Below are positions 29,950 through 41,464 of a stretch of 64,000 nucleotides of DNA, piece by piece. The stretch comes from Epithemia pelagica (taxonomy: Eukaryota; Protista; Bacillariophyta). Each line of letters begins with the position of its first letter. Within the stretch, counting starts at the first letter, position 1. The stretch spans positions 3,720,001 to 3,784,000 of the forward strand of contig OX337228.1 in the NCBI GenBank assembly GCA_946965045.2, written 5' to 3'. The translations under genes were made by a program, and so were the position numbers. The notes beneath the pieces are model-generated. The model made no database searches and was not told the DNA's origin. It worked only from the letters and a program-made list of their open reading frames with translations.

Positions 29950-32900
29950 ATGACCTTGGTGGCCGTCCACCATCAACCTCATCAACATCAACAACAGAAT
30001 CAACCGAGTACAGACAGCAGTAGCAACAGCCAACATGAGATGACAACGCTCACCGAACGAGAAAATTTAGACAGTTACGAACATCTAAGGTACGAAGCCT
30101 CTACCGACATTGTAACCGACGATGGTTTTCCAGATCACTACGGCAGAGGGAGCATGAAAGATGATGCCGATGCTCCTCTCCATGCGAAACGCTCTTTTCA
30201 GGCAACCTTGTCGGATGAAGCGTTCCTCGAATGTTCGCCTGGTGAGGACCAACCTGACCCAGGCGCACTGGTGCCAGACGAGTCCGCGGAGATTCTTCGG
30301 GCACCGAAGCGTGTCAAAACCACTGCAACCAGCCATGAGGAAACACCAAATTCCAACAATGGCAGTTCCGCATCATCGGCAACCAATAAACAATGGTCTA
30401 TAATGTTTGAACGCTTAAAAGCATATAAAATGAAACATGGTGTAAGTTCCCAACCTTGGTTCCATATTTTCATGGTACATCATGCAGATTCGTCATTCTC
30501 AAATTTTGCTATTGTTGCTAGGATTGTTTGGTGCCTAAGCGATACCCAGAAGACCCCAAACTAGGTACATGGGTGGAAACACAACGAGTTCAATACAAAC
30601 GCCTCGAACGAGAAGTAGATGCTACAAGCGGAGTTGAAGAAGTCTATCCAAATAAGAGATTGGACCACGAACGTCTTGCGAAGCTCAAACTGATTGGTTT
30701 TGCATGGAGTGCCAAGCATGTACGCAAGAACGTGGGCAAACTAGTTAACAAACCAGCCGCGTCTGCAACATCTGCAACGATAGTGGAAAATGTGACAGGG
30801 CCGACAGCTGGGTCACGGAAACCAGTAGCTCCAGTTTGTGGTGATTCCAAAGCTCCAAGTCGATGGAGTGATCATCAATGGGAAGAAATGTACTTGCGCC
30901 TCAAACGATACAAGGAGCTTTACGGCGACTGCCTCGTTCCTCGCAAATTCGACCAAGATCCCAAGCTTGCGACTTGGGTTGAGACGCAACGCGTCCTGTG
31001 GAATCGCGATCATAGAAGCTGCAAATCGTTTGCGGTGAATGAAGACTCGGCGTATCCGACAGACTGGCCTTCGTCAATTGATGAACCTAAACGGACTGAC
31101 GCTGAGGAAGCTGCGGCAGCTTTATCTGAAGAAGATGAAGTGGTTGCAGCTGCTGCTGTGGCTGCAGCGGAGGTTGTAGATGCTGCGGCCAAACCTATGA
31201 ACAAGAAACTGTCCAAAGAACGAAAGGAGAAACTGGATGCACTTGGATTTGTGTGGTCACTGCGAAGCAAGAGAATTGAGGATCATTGGGATGAAATGTT
31301 TCGACAGGTAAGGGACTTGGTTTGAAGCTCGCACGTTTTTCTCTGAACTTTGCATTTCATCTGACCATTTGTCTTCACCAGTTGGTTGAGTATAGAGAGC
31401 ATCATGGTGATTGTTTGGTTCCCTCTCGATACGAAAAGAACATGAAGCTGGGGAAATGGGTAGAAACTCAGCGCTATGAATACACCAAGCTGCAACGAGT
31501 GGCATACGCTAGTGGCACAGTTCCCGCCAGAGAAGCTGTGTGTATGGAGACTGAGACCAAACCTCGTGTCACCAATCCACGGTTAACGGAAGAGCGCTTG
31601 CGGCGACTCGAAAGCATCGGCTTTGAATGGAAAGTCCGAAACAAGATGAAGCGGTATTACGATAAGCAGTGGCAAGATATGTTTGAGCGACTCCTGAAGT
31701 TCAAACAAGAGAACGGCCATTGCATAGTCCCTAAACGCTACCCGGCGGACATGAAACTTGGAACGTGGGTCCACACACAGCGCATCCAATATCGCAAACT
31801 CGCAACAACCAAGAATAGCAAAGATGGAACAGGTTCCGAGGGGGAAGGCGCTTCGGACGAGATAATTCCCAAGGGAGAAGAAATGTCATATCGGCTCACC
31901 GAAGAGAGGCGGAAGCGACTTGAGGAAGTTGGATTTGTTTGGTCAGCCCGTGAAGGCGACTCGAAACCCGATCCTCAACAACGAATCTCTCGGAACTCCT
32001 ACGATGACTTATGGGATTCCATGTTTGACCGATTGGTTGCATTCAAAGAAAAACATGGGGTAAGTGTAACATTGACTACACATCAGGCATCGTTCAAATC
32101 TCATCTTACCTTTCCTGTGACAGCACTGTTTGGTCCCCAAACGATACCAAGAAGATCCGAAGCTTGGAACTTGGGTCGACACACAAGTAAGTCAGTGTTG
32201 GTGTTTCAGTTATTTTGTCAGATAGTTGGTTGAATCTCTCACCTTCTACACTACAGCGTGTTCAATACAAGAAGACGAGAAAGAAATCGGACGGGAAGGA
32301 GAAACTTCAATACGATTCTGATCCTAACAATTCAAAGACCGAGTATACTGAACCGACGGGTGATAGCAGTTTCCAGCAAGAGTACTCACTTGCCAAACCT
32401 GCTCCAGGTCGACTCACCGATGAACGTATTCAGCGTCTGGAGAATCTTGGTTTTGTGTGGTCACTTCGTGATGACTGGATGAAACATTTTGAAGAATTAA
32501 AGTTGTACAAACAGGAGTTTGGACATTGCAATGTACCCGCACGATATCCAAGTAACCGCCGTTTGGGTATTTGGGTGAGCGCCCAACGACAACAATACAA
32601 AATCCTCAAGTCCGCCGAATTTGAAGAAACCAAGAAACAACGCCCATCCTCGCTTACGCAAGAACGAATTGAGCTACTTAATCGTCTGGGGTTCACGTGG
32701 ACAATTCGCTCTCGTGATAGCTTGGGAGAATCTTGGAACCAACGCTTGTTGGATCTCAAAGCCTACAAAGATCTTCATGGAAACTGCCTTGTCCCATCGC
32801 GCTATTTACCGAACCCTGAGCTCGGTGTTTGGGTTGGAACACAGCGAACACAATACCGTCTTTACCAGAAAGCGAAAGAGAAGGGCCAGCAAGTGACAGG

Positions 32901-33081
32901 CGCGTCAGCCATGAATGAAGAACGCATTCAACAACTAGAAGATCTGGGCTTTGTTTGGGCATTGCGAGGGACTGAGGGAAATCGCAAGGACATTGGTCCT
33001 TATCAAGAACAGCATGCCTCTTCTTATGAACTAGAAGAGCGGGAAATGGTGGAGCAACTTATTGCCCAGACGGAAATTTAA
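29950..33081 (+). CDS. Multi-exon protein with seven helicase-associated (HA) repeats
   Basis: Seven units of W..MF..L..YK..HG.C.VP..Y..D.KLG.WV..QR...L..ER...L...GF.W. GT-AG introns at 30442-30521, 31308-31381, 32060-32123 and 32187-32256 join the units in frame. Confidence 0.88.
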
Positions 33082-33347
33082 GTGTCGAGCCGATTTTCGA
33101 ACACATTTTGTGCGTGTTTCCGGTCTCGATGCAATAAATGATAGAAGGACAAATTTTTATTACGAATATCCGTCACTTGATATACTACATTACACCCTAG
33201 ATACCAAACGATACTTTCTGATTATTTATGGCAATGATATAATCTCGAGATAGTGTCGAGATCTGGTTGAAATATCATTTAAACTCAACTCTATAGCGTC
33301 TCGGAGCGTTATTCGATGTGCGTTGAAAAAAGCATGACAGATCAGAA

Positions 33348-35567
33348 TTACGGCTTGTATCCCAAAAGGTCGGCGAGTGCCTGTTTGAGTTTCTGTTTGC
33401 TGCTATGAATGGTACGGGCCAAGATTTCTATCAGCAAGGTTTCGTATGGATCCAACATCGGGAGAGGGCCAGCATCGGCGGGGGTGATTTGGGCTCGCAA
33501 TCGTCTCTGGTGACGGGGTAATTCTTGCTTGACGCATTCATGATATAGATGCCGTTGCAACAGCGAAGGCGGCATTGCTGCGTCCTCCACGCCCAGGGGG
33601 TGAGAACCTGCGATAATGGGGCACGGCCGAACTGTATGAGCGGCAGTTGCAGAATCCAGTTCCAAGCCTATTGGTGGGTTGCCTCCCAAGAGTTCGGCAA
33701 TGGTCGACTTGGTGGAATTGCGTGGGTCAGATGGAAGTGTATCTTGACAAAATTTGATATAATGATCCACTTCCTTTCCGTCCAACATCAATTGTTGCAA
33801 TGCCTCATCTCCGATGGGGACAACGCTATGTTGTGGTTGTTGCTGTCGTAGAACAACCAGTTCTTGTCTCCAACGGGGTTGCAAGATGATCGCACAAAAG
33901 GCAATGACTGCAAGCTGATTAATAGAATGCACATTGGTTGTGGTGGCACGTTTCAAGGGCCGGGGGAGACCAGACATCCGCGCACGTCGTAACAATTTCT
34001 TCATTTCAAACGGGGATGAGGCAGACGAAGACGAGGGTTGTATTTTCCCCATGAGTGCCAAAGCGGTATCATAAACGATTTGGGACAAACCCAATTGTGC
34101 GCCAAGCTGTGCCAACACAACAGGAATGGACGTGGCCGAGAGTGTCCGAATCGAATGTTTGGCCAATTTGGGGGGTAAGTCGTCCCCAGGGGTGAAGCTC
34201 GAATCGTTGTTCCGTTTCTTGCTCCTTTTCAGAGAAATTGACGAAGTGCGAATGTCTGGTGCATGTTTGAGTTTGGCAGCCACAAGCAAGAGAGAGGTAT
34301 TGGATTGCAACCATTCCGCGGTCATGTTACTTTTTATATTTACAGGGAGACAAAAGGCAACCCGAGCAGCGGCTAGTTCTTTTTGTTGACGCGGAGTCAA
34401 TACTTGACGATAGGCATTTTGGAGTGGCACTGCCTGAGTCGAACAGATCCAATCGAGAAATTGAGGCGCGGTAATGCCTCGACGAATGAGGCTCACATAA
34501 AGAATGGTGGCAATCAATTCCATGCCTGGGGATGGCAATAAGAGTGCCGCTTGGCAACGGCCTATTCTCTTGGGATCCTCTTCTGCCGTGTGTAGACGGT
34601 GTTGCGCAACCATATGGCGCCATACTTGAACCTGGGAAGTTTTGTGACCAAGACGTAACCGAGGACGTTTGGAAGCGGGCATGGGCGATGCGGATTCATC
34701 GTTGTTTGGCCCTCTGCTGTGGGCGGAAGAAACGACCATGGGTTCGTTTTCATTTCCTTGTTCCTGTGAATCAGACTGCGATTGTTGTTCTTGTTTCATT
34801 TCCTCACATACGGCCTTGTGTAAGATGAGGGCGGTAACGATGCTTTGGTATTTGGGTAGCAAACAGGCATCGCGGAGACAAAAGCGAACATGGGGATAAA
34901 GGGGACTGTAATAGTCCGCTGCCTCGCGCCACGCATTAAGGTAAGAAACCCACAAGTGACGCGCCACAAGTTGGGCCTGGTCTCGTTCCTCGCGACTCCA
35001 CTCCAAGAGTTTTGTCGTTATAAGAAACAAACTCTGTTGCAACACGTATTGCAGTCCTTGCAAACAACTCAGCAGCGAGGGCAATTCGGTGGATTGATCG
35101 TAGGACGACAAAGGTCTTTGTTTATTGTTGTTGATTGCGCCTCCACCAGTACTTTTGCGTGTTACAATGTGTCCAGATTTCGTTTTGGCGGCGACTTGAA
35201 AGATGGTGTCAAAATCAATGCCTTCATTGTCGTTTCCATCCAACTCGGGTTGTTGCGACTGCGTAAAGCAAACTGTACAAACTTGTGATCCAGTGGTGGC
35301 ATCAAAATAAAAGTCAGTGCTCCCACAATTGTCACAGGCCACAATGGCTGTGTTGCTTTGCGACGATGTTGCCGGTTGGGATGGTCCACGTCCAATTGCT
35401 GCTGAGGCCGCCGTGACGGTCGACGTTTGAGTTCCAGGAATTAGGTCTGTTTGTTGTGACTGTGACTGTGATTGATGTTGACCACTGGAAATCTGCGATA
35501 GCTGACCCATTGGGTCATCATAGTCCTGAGACTGGTCCGCGTCATTGTCCTCTAACCAAAAGTCCAT
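33348..35567 (-). CDS. Rrn7/TAF1B-like RNA polymerase I initiation factor (TFIIB-like zinc ribbon)
   Basis: CDNCGSTDFYFDATTGSQVCTVCFTQSQ zinc ribbon followed by a GLQYVLQQ...VARHLWVSYL helical region, as in Rrn7/TAF1B. Confidence 0.55.
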   Translation of the reverse strand: MDFWLEDNDADQSQDYDDPMGQLSQISSGQHQSQSQSQQTDLIPGTQTSTVTAASAAIGRGPSQPATSSQSNTAIVACDNCGSTDFYFDATTGSQVCTVCFTQSQQPELDGNDNEGIDFDTIFQVAAKTKSGHIVTRKSTGGGAINNNKQRPLSSYDQSTELPSLLSCLQGLQYVLQQSLFLITTKLLEWSREERDQAQLVARHLWVSYLNAWREAADYYSPLYPHVRFCLRDACLLPKYQSIVTALILHKAVCEEMKQEQQSQSDSQEQGNENEPMVVSSAHSRGPNNDESASPMPASKRPRLRLGHKTSQVQVWRHMVAQHRLHTAEEDPKRIGRCQAALLLPSPGMELIATILYVSLIRRGITAPQFLDWICSTQAVPLQNAYRQVLTPRQQKELAAARVAFCLPVNIKSNMTAEWLQSNTSLLLVAAKLKHAPDIRTSSISLKRSKKRNNDSSFTPGDDLPPKLAKHSIRTLSATSIPVVLAQLGAQLGLSQIVYDTALALMGKIQPSSSSASSPFEMKKLLRRARMSGLPRPLKRATTTNVHSINQLAVIAFCAIILQPRWRQELVVLRQQQPQHSVVPIGDEALQQLMLDGKEVDHYIKFCQDTLPSDPRNSTKSTIAELLGGNPPIGLELDSATAAHTVRPCPIIAGSHPLGVEDAAMPPSLLQRHLYHECVKQELPRHQRRLRAQITPADAGPLPMLDPYETLLIEILARTIHSSKQKLKQALADLLGYKP

Positions 35568-35972
35568 TCGAATTCGAAGACTCGTTTACACCATCGGCAA
35601 CGACAAGGATCATCAACAGAAAAAAATGAAAGGAGTCTGATTCTGATGTGTGGCGCGGCAATGCGCGCGCCGGAGGGGTTTGGTGGTCAGACTCTATCGG
35701 GACCACGACAAAGAAGAAGGCTCGCGCGCACGCAGCATCGGCGTGCACGCGAGCGTATAGACGTTGGTGTGAGTCCGATGAGCCCGAGGACAACACTTTT
35801 CTGACATTTCTCGACCAATGGGTCTTCCTCAACTCTCTTGTTCGATGTCTACCAACAGAAAGGAAATCATAACAACCCATTTCTTCCTTCTCTCATTCTC
35901 AGCAGAGTTGTCGAACGGCAAACTGAATTACGCCTAACAGAGTCGCGGATTGTGGTTGTTCATGCACTGGCA

Positions 35973-37628
35973 ATGTCCGTTCCACAGCTCATGGCACTTG
36001 TGGGAAGCTGGACGACAACCATTTATTCTGCCGATTCTTCCACAACAACGACAGCAACAGAAGCCATGGGGAGAAATGACATATCACCCTCCTCGTCTTT
36101 GTCGCCGAGTGCTGGACGGGGGATCTCTGTACATTCGTCAGTCATAGATAACGAAGTTGACGACATCACAAGAACAACCGCCGACCCTTGCCAGCGTTGT
36201 TGTGACAGCCAGGGAAGTTTTGTCGAGGAAGGAAGACCACTTCATTCTCCATCCCCGCCACCATCGACACCATCATGCGTGTGTGAGAATACAAACGTGT
36301 CGTCTTTGTTCGGATGGAAGTCTTTTTGGATGAACCGCGTTCCAGCCACGTTGGTTGTGTCAAGGGGGAGAGTACCAGCTCGCAAATCTACCGAAACGGA
36401 CGACGGCACCCATAAAAATCACTCTCTCATATCACCACAATCTACTTCCACAAACACATTAGAAGACTCGCCGTCCCTCTCACTTTTTGAACTTCCAAAG
36501 AGTATCAAATTGTTGATTGGAACCGTTGGTATATCGGTTTCCTTCTTGTATGTTGGTTCTTTACAGGAAGATGTGTTTGTTTATGTCTCAGATGACGATC
36601 GAATGTTTGATCAAGCTTGGTTTCTGCAACTGATGGAATCAGTAGCCTGCCTCTTTATGGGATTTTGCGGAATTCTCTTTTCGGGTACCCGATCGTCACC
36701 TTCCTCTCCCGTTGTGACCGGCACATCGGGATCCTTCTTGCCATCCTTGCATTGGTTGGTTTGGTGGTCCGGTGCAGCTCAAGTCGCTGCCAAGGCCAGT
36801 GCCAACATGGCCTTGGCGGCTGGTTTGTCCTATCCTACCATGGTGTTGGCCAAGAGCGCCAAGCTCGCACCTGTCATGTTGGGAACAAGGCTCATGGGAG
36901 GAGCTTCCTATACCATACGACAGTATCTGCAAGTACTGGCCATTGTCATAGGGACAATCATGGTTTCCTTGTCGCAACAACAACAATCACACCAACTTAG
37001 CCCCGCCTCCTCCTCATCCTGGGGGGCTCTGTGGTACATTGGCTTGTCCTTGTCGTTTGATGGACTTGTGGCTGGGGTCCAAAAGCGACTGCAACGAGAT
37101 ATGGCGGAAGTGCAGGTGTACCCCACACCCGCCGAGTACTTGTTTTGGTTTAGTATCCCTATGGCGGTTCTTTCCGCTTGCTTTGTTGCTGGCAGCAATG
37201 TCTCGTCCACCCTAAACTTTGTGTTGGCAAATCCAGCCTTACAAACCAAGTTGATTCGCTATGCCACAGCTTCGGCGGTTGGTTCCAGCTTTGTATTTTA
37301 TACCTTGGCTCATTTTAACCCTGTTGTTGTGACCACCATCACGACAACGCGTAAATTGGGATCCATTGGTATCAGTCTCTTGTTCAAACAAGGTCACCAT
37401 TCACAACAGCCGCCTGTAGCATCGTCGCTTGCCTCTTTACCCTATGGTGGTGGTGCTATGGATGCCTACGGATGGATTGGACTCTCCTTGGCTGTGGGAG
37501 GTATTCTCTCTCAAATTCTCGCCAAACAACGAGAAAGGCAACCAAACGGAGCCAAACAACTTGAAGGAGCGGGGCGGCCGTGGTACATTGGGAAACCAAA
37601 GCAACCACCAATCCTCCAAGTACAATAA
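35973..37628 (+). CDS. UAA-family nucleotide-sugar transporter (SLC35B1/UTR-like)
   Basis: Multiple TM helices; motifs LSYPTMVLAKSAKLAPVMLG, LSLSFDGLVAGVQKRL and TTITTTRKLGSI. Confidence 0.88.
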   Translation: MSVPQLMALVGSWTTTIYSADSSTTTTATEAMGRNDISPSSSLSPSAGRGISVHSSVIDNEVDDITRTTADPCQRCCDSQGSFVEEGRPLHSPSPPPSTPSCVCENTNVSSLFGWKSFWMNRVPATLVVSRGRVPARKSTETDDGTHKNHSLISPQSTSTNTLEDSPSLSLFELPKSIKLLIGTVGISVSFLYVGSLQEDVFVYVSDDDRMFDQAWFLQLMESVACLFMGFCGILFSGTRSSPSSPVVTGTSGSFLPSLHWLVWWSGAAQVAAKASANMALAAGLSYPTMVLAKSAKLAPVMLGTRLMGGASYTIRQYLQVLAIVIGTIMVSLSQQQQSHQLSPASSSSWGALWYIGLSLSFDGLVAGVQKRLQRDMAEVQVYPTPAEYLFWFSIPMAVLSACFVAGSNVSSTLNFVLANPALQTKLIRYATASAVGSSFVFYTLAHFNPVVVTTITTTRKLGSIGISLLFKQGHHSQQPPVASSLASLPYGGGAMDAYGWIGLSLAVGGILSQILAKQRERQPNGAKQLEGAGRPWYIGKPKQPPILQVQ

Positions 37629-38303
37629 TGGCCATCCAAGCCATGAGAAGAGTTTTTCTGCTATTGCCACAGAACGCAAGAGGGCGATCCCTAGAAGAAT
37701 AGATGCAATGTACATGCACACATTCGTTTTGTACTCCTAGTAAAATGAGAATTTTGCCAATCGCCGACCCCAACCAACCTGAGCAAACAGTAGCGTTCGT
37801 TTTATTAGGAATTTAGAAGGTAATTAGAGAAGTCATTCGACGGGCTGAAAACGACAAACAACCACCAAACGCTGGATAGAGAGATCCAAGCCAGAAAAAG
37901 TCGATAGCAAAACAACCCACAAACACACACATGTCGAAAAGAGAGAGAGAGAATGGAAAAGTTGGAGAGAAAAGACCGAAGAGGACATGGTATGGATCCA
38001 TGATTGACAATTTGAGAGAACCCCCAATATCCTGTTTCTCGTTATCATCTTCTATCGCCGTTCCTCTTATAAAGCTTCAGTCAAGAAACAATGTTGTTGC
38101 ATTTCTTTCAAAAGTCCACGTTAGGTCGGGATAAACCACAATAGTATGGTCTCTGTGAAAGTATCACTTTCAATCGTCCCACAGTACGTTGTGTCCTCTC
38201 TCCTTGTAGTAGTTGCTGTTTTATAAAATGAAAATGTAAAGAATGTGTGTTGTGTGTGTGTGTATGGTCGTCGGTGTGCATACATAGCCTGTCCTCGTCA
38301 CTG

Positions 38304-39656
38304 TCATGTGGTTGGTACCGGCGAAGTGGAATTCCGCGGTGGATGACTATTGTTGGTCCCCGATGTGGGTGACGGCTGAGTGTTCGTGTCGGCCTTGTCA
38401 CCTGAAGGTGGTGGAGGTGTACTGCTTGAAGGTGACGTCGAGGACTTTTTCGACTGGTTGTTCTTGGTGCCCGTGGGATGAGTGGAGGTATCCATGTCTT
38501 CCATATTGTTATTGTTGTCATCGTCACTGTCCATAGCATCGTCTTGGTCGGCAGCTGCATCTTCCGCCCCCTCTTCGTCGTCTACCATCGCAGTATTTGC
38601 TGCCGCCGCCGGGGTGGAGCTATCATTATCGTCCAAATGGTTGTCATCATTGGATTCTGCATCCAACTGGGGTAAAAGTCCCAATTTCCCTGTCAAATCA
38701 AATCCCCAGGCGCGCAAGGGATGCGTCAAATCACGAAGAATCAAGGCTTCGTCATCATAGTAATCGTCGTCGTCTTCCCCATTGCTTTTGTTTAGGCCAT
38801 TCGTAGCCATTTCTTCGTCCCCATAATATCGACGATAATAATCCTCTTCTTCGTCAAGGGAATCTACAGATGCTTCCTCGTCGTCCTTGTGTAAACTAGC
38901 GGAGGGTTTCGACGCCCCTTCGGGCGTCTTGGCGCCGTTGAGCATGGTACTGTCCGTTTCCGTTTTGGCCTTTTTAGCCTTTTTGGATTTGGGCGTTCCA
39001 CCATCTTTGCTGTTGCTATTATTGGTGTCGCCACTGGCTCCCGCTTTTCGATTTGAGGCACTTGCTTCCATGGCTTCTCCCGCCGCCATGGCCTTGAGAT
39101 TAGCCGCCTCTCGTTCTTGGGCCGATTCAGCTTTTCGTCGTTCTCGATCATCTCGATCTGCCACAACTTGATCCAAGTGCCGTTTACGCGCTCGCGCAGC
39201 CGACCGTTGTACTTCGGCTCCCTTTAATCTCTGATCTCGGCAAGCCGCTGCTTGCTGCAAGACTGTGGCCAAGAATCGGTCTGCTGCTGCCGAAGCCATT
39301 GCGGATACGGTGGAATCCAAAAACCCGGCACCTTGTCGATGAAGGATGCGTCGCGACAAAGCCGTCGGGACTGTGGGGACTCTTAGGGACAATTCATGGC
39401 TGTCATCACGCTGTACCAATCGTTGTAGAAAGCAATCCAATTGCTCATCGTGTAGACGTATGGCGGCGGCGGCCTTTTGCTGTGGCGTTTGAGCCGTGTG
39501 TGGTGATTGTTGCTTTGAGCCTGCGTTCGAGCTGCTCGAAGATCCTCCTCCCTTTCCCACCACACCATTGACGGCATTCGATCCAGCCGAAGTGCGGTTA
39601 CCCTTCCCAGCTGCCAACAAACGGGCCCGTTGCAATTCAATCATTCGTTCACTCAT
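38304..39656 (-). CDS. TAF10: TAF10-like histone-fold protein with long low-complexity insertions
   Basis: VPTVPTALSRRILHRQGAGFLDSTVSAMASAAADRFLATVLQQA matches the TAF10 histone fold. The distal ALILRDLTHPLRAWGFDL matches the TAF10 C-terminal helix. Confidence 0.6.
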   Translation of the reverse strand: MSERMIELQRARLLAAGKGNRTSAGSNAVNGVVGKGGGSSSSSNAGSKQQSPHTAQTPQQKAAAAIRLHDEQLDCFLQRLVQRDDSHELSLRVPTVPTALSRRILHRQGAGFLDSTVSAMASAAADRFLATVLQQAAACRDQRLKGAEVQRSAARARKRHLDQVVADRDDRERRKAESAQEREAANLKAMAAGEAMEASASNRKAGASGDTNNSNSKDGGTPKSKKAKKAKTETDSTMLNGAKTPEGASKPSASLHKDDEEASVDSLDEEEDYYRRYYGDEEMATNGLNKSNGEDDDDYYDDEALILRDLTHPLRAWGFDLTGKLGLLPQLDAESNDDNHLDDNDSSTPAAAANTAMVDDEEGAEDAAADQDDAMDSDDDNNNNMEDMDTSTHPTGTKNNQSKKSSTSPSSSTPPPPSGDKADTNTQPSPTSGTNNSHPPRNSTSPVPTT

Positions 39657-40744
39657 GATGAGAAAGAGAGAGCAGGGTACAGCGAATGGGTGGAGAACGG
39701 CACTTGGAAGATGAAGTATTACCGCCAATGACTTGAGGCGCAAGACAGAATCGTCTCCTTTCACTTCCCTAGTGCCTCCACCGAAAAAAGAAGAAGAGAC
39801 TTTCTCCTCTTTTGGAAGTCAAAAGAAACGCGCGGCAAAGTTCAATCTACAGCCACATAACCTTCAATTCTGAGGATGACCACCACAATACTTTTCCTTC
39901 GAGTTGATATTTGATACAGAGGACAGAGACTTCGAGTTTCTGATCCCAAACAGAGTTTTAGTAGTTCTAACACAGCCAAGGGCGTGGTTGTGCTGTGAAT
40001 TGCGTTGATACAACCACCGTGGACAATTGAGCGGGAGCGAGAGAAAACCAATTGCACAATCCAACAACAACAGGCAATGCCCTCGTCTCCTTTCGTCTCC
40101 AGTCACGAGCGGTGGTAAATGAACTTCTTCCTATGCTGTTTGCCTCGTTCTTCCTCTCGACACTAGTGTTTTTGATTCAACGCAACACTCCACACTGCAC
40201 TACACCATCCAAATTCGGTTGGATGCCATGGCCGATGAGAGAGGGAGAGACGGACAATATACAGATGGGGTGGCTGGCTGTGGGGACAGGGAGACACGCA
40301 CACGAAGAAAAAAGAGGGGGAGGAATGGCCTCCGACCAGGAACGTCAAACGTTACTGTGGAATATTCTGTGAGTGAGACATTCTACGTCCAATACACTGA
40401 CGAATGAGACATGGACATATTTAATTATAGTGTAGAACCGACGCATGTCGGCTATCGCGGGACAAGTTCGAACGGCGTGTTGACGGTCATCATAGCAACA
40501 CCCCCCCTCCAATTCCAATAAGTAAAATTGGCGCGCCCTCTTCTATTGTCGTGACCTTCAACAGGACCACGACTAAGATCTACACGCCATGACCATGACC
40601 AACTTTGGAATGGGTGGCGCGCGGGGGTCCATACGCTTACCACGCGTATGAGGTGTATGCAGTGGACGATGGATCAAAAGCGAACAAAAGCAAAAAAGAA
40701 TAAAGTCAATCTAATACGACAAGAAACACGAAACAATTGTCACC

Positions 40745-41227
40745 ATGGTGGTGTTCACGGATACAGCAAAAGTTTCACCTCAAGTGGTATGGAATACATG
40801 CGTAGCACCCATGGAGTGGGAATCTTGGGATCCTGATATACAGGGTTTGTTGGACTTGTCTGGGGGGTGTGAGACAGGTACAAGGCTAACGTTTCATATG
40901 AAGGATGGCGCAAAATATCCTGCTGTTCTGAACAAGGTTGTGAAGCAAGAGTTTGTCTCTTATACCGCCAAACTATTGGGTGGAACAGTCGTTATTGATG
41001 GCTCCATAAAGTTACAAAAGGTGGACCAAAGTGAAGAAGCAACTCGAATTACCTACTCTTTCCAGCTAAAGGGACTTTTGGGGGGACTTGTTGGTTCGTT
41101 GAAATCAAAACTTATAACTGACGGAACGAGAGACGGTCTCCAGAATATCATTCGACTCTCAGAACAAGCTTCATCGAAACGAGGGATAGGCGACGAATCC
41201 AATGCCTGTGGTGCCAAGAGCAAATAA
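40745..41227 (+). CDS. SRPBCC/polyketide cyclase-like protein (paralog 1)
   Basis: 160 aa: TAKVSPQVVW...WESWDPDI...G.G.RLTF...TRITYSFQLKGLLGG. Paralog of 49208-49660. Confidence 0.75.
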   Translation: MVVFTDTAKVSPQVVWNTCVAPMEWESWDPDIQGLLDLSGGCETGTRLTFHMKDGAKYPAVLNKVVKQEFVSYTAKLLGGTVVIDGSIKLQKVDQSEEATRITYSFQLKGLLGGLVGSLKSKLITDGTRDGLQNIIRLSEQASSKRGIGDESNACGAKSK

Positions 41228-41464
41228 GCACATAGATCACACCCCAACTGGACGTATTCTCCATCAGAAAGACTGGCTAAGGAGCCCCAATTCTTCCTTC
41301 CAAAATTAATTCTCGTTTTCGTTCTAGGCTCGTAATGAGAAACCCAGGGTTGAAAGTGGACAAGGTGCCTTCATGGCCGCTTTTGTTGATTGCTGTCTCT
41401 GTCAAGATTCTCGATAGCTTCTTACGGATAGGAATTACCCCCCAGCGGGGGCGAGTATTTACCG

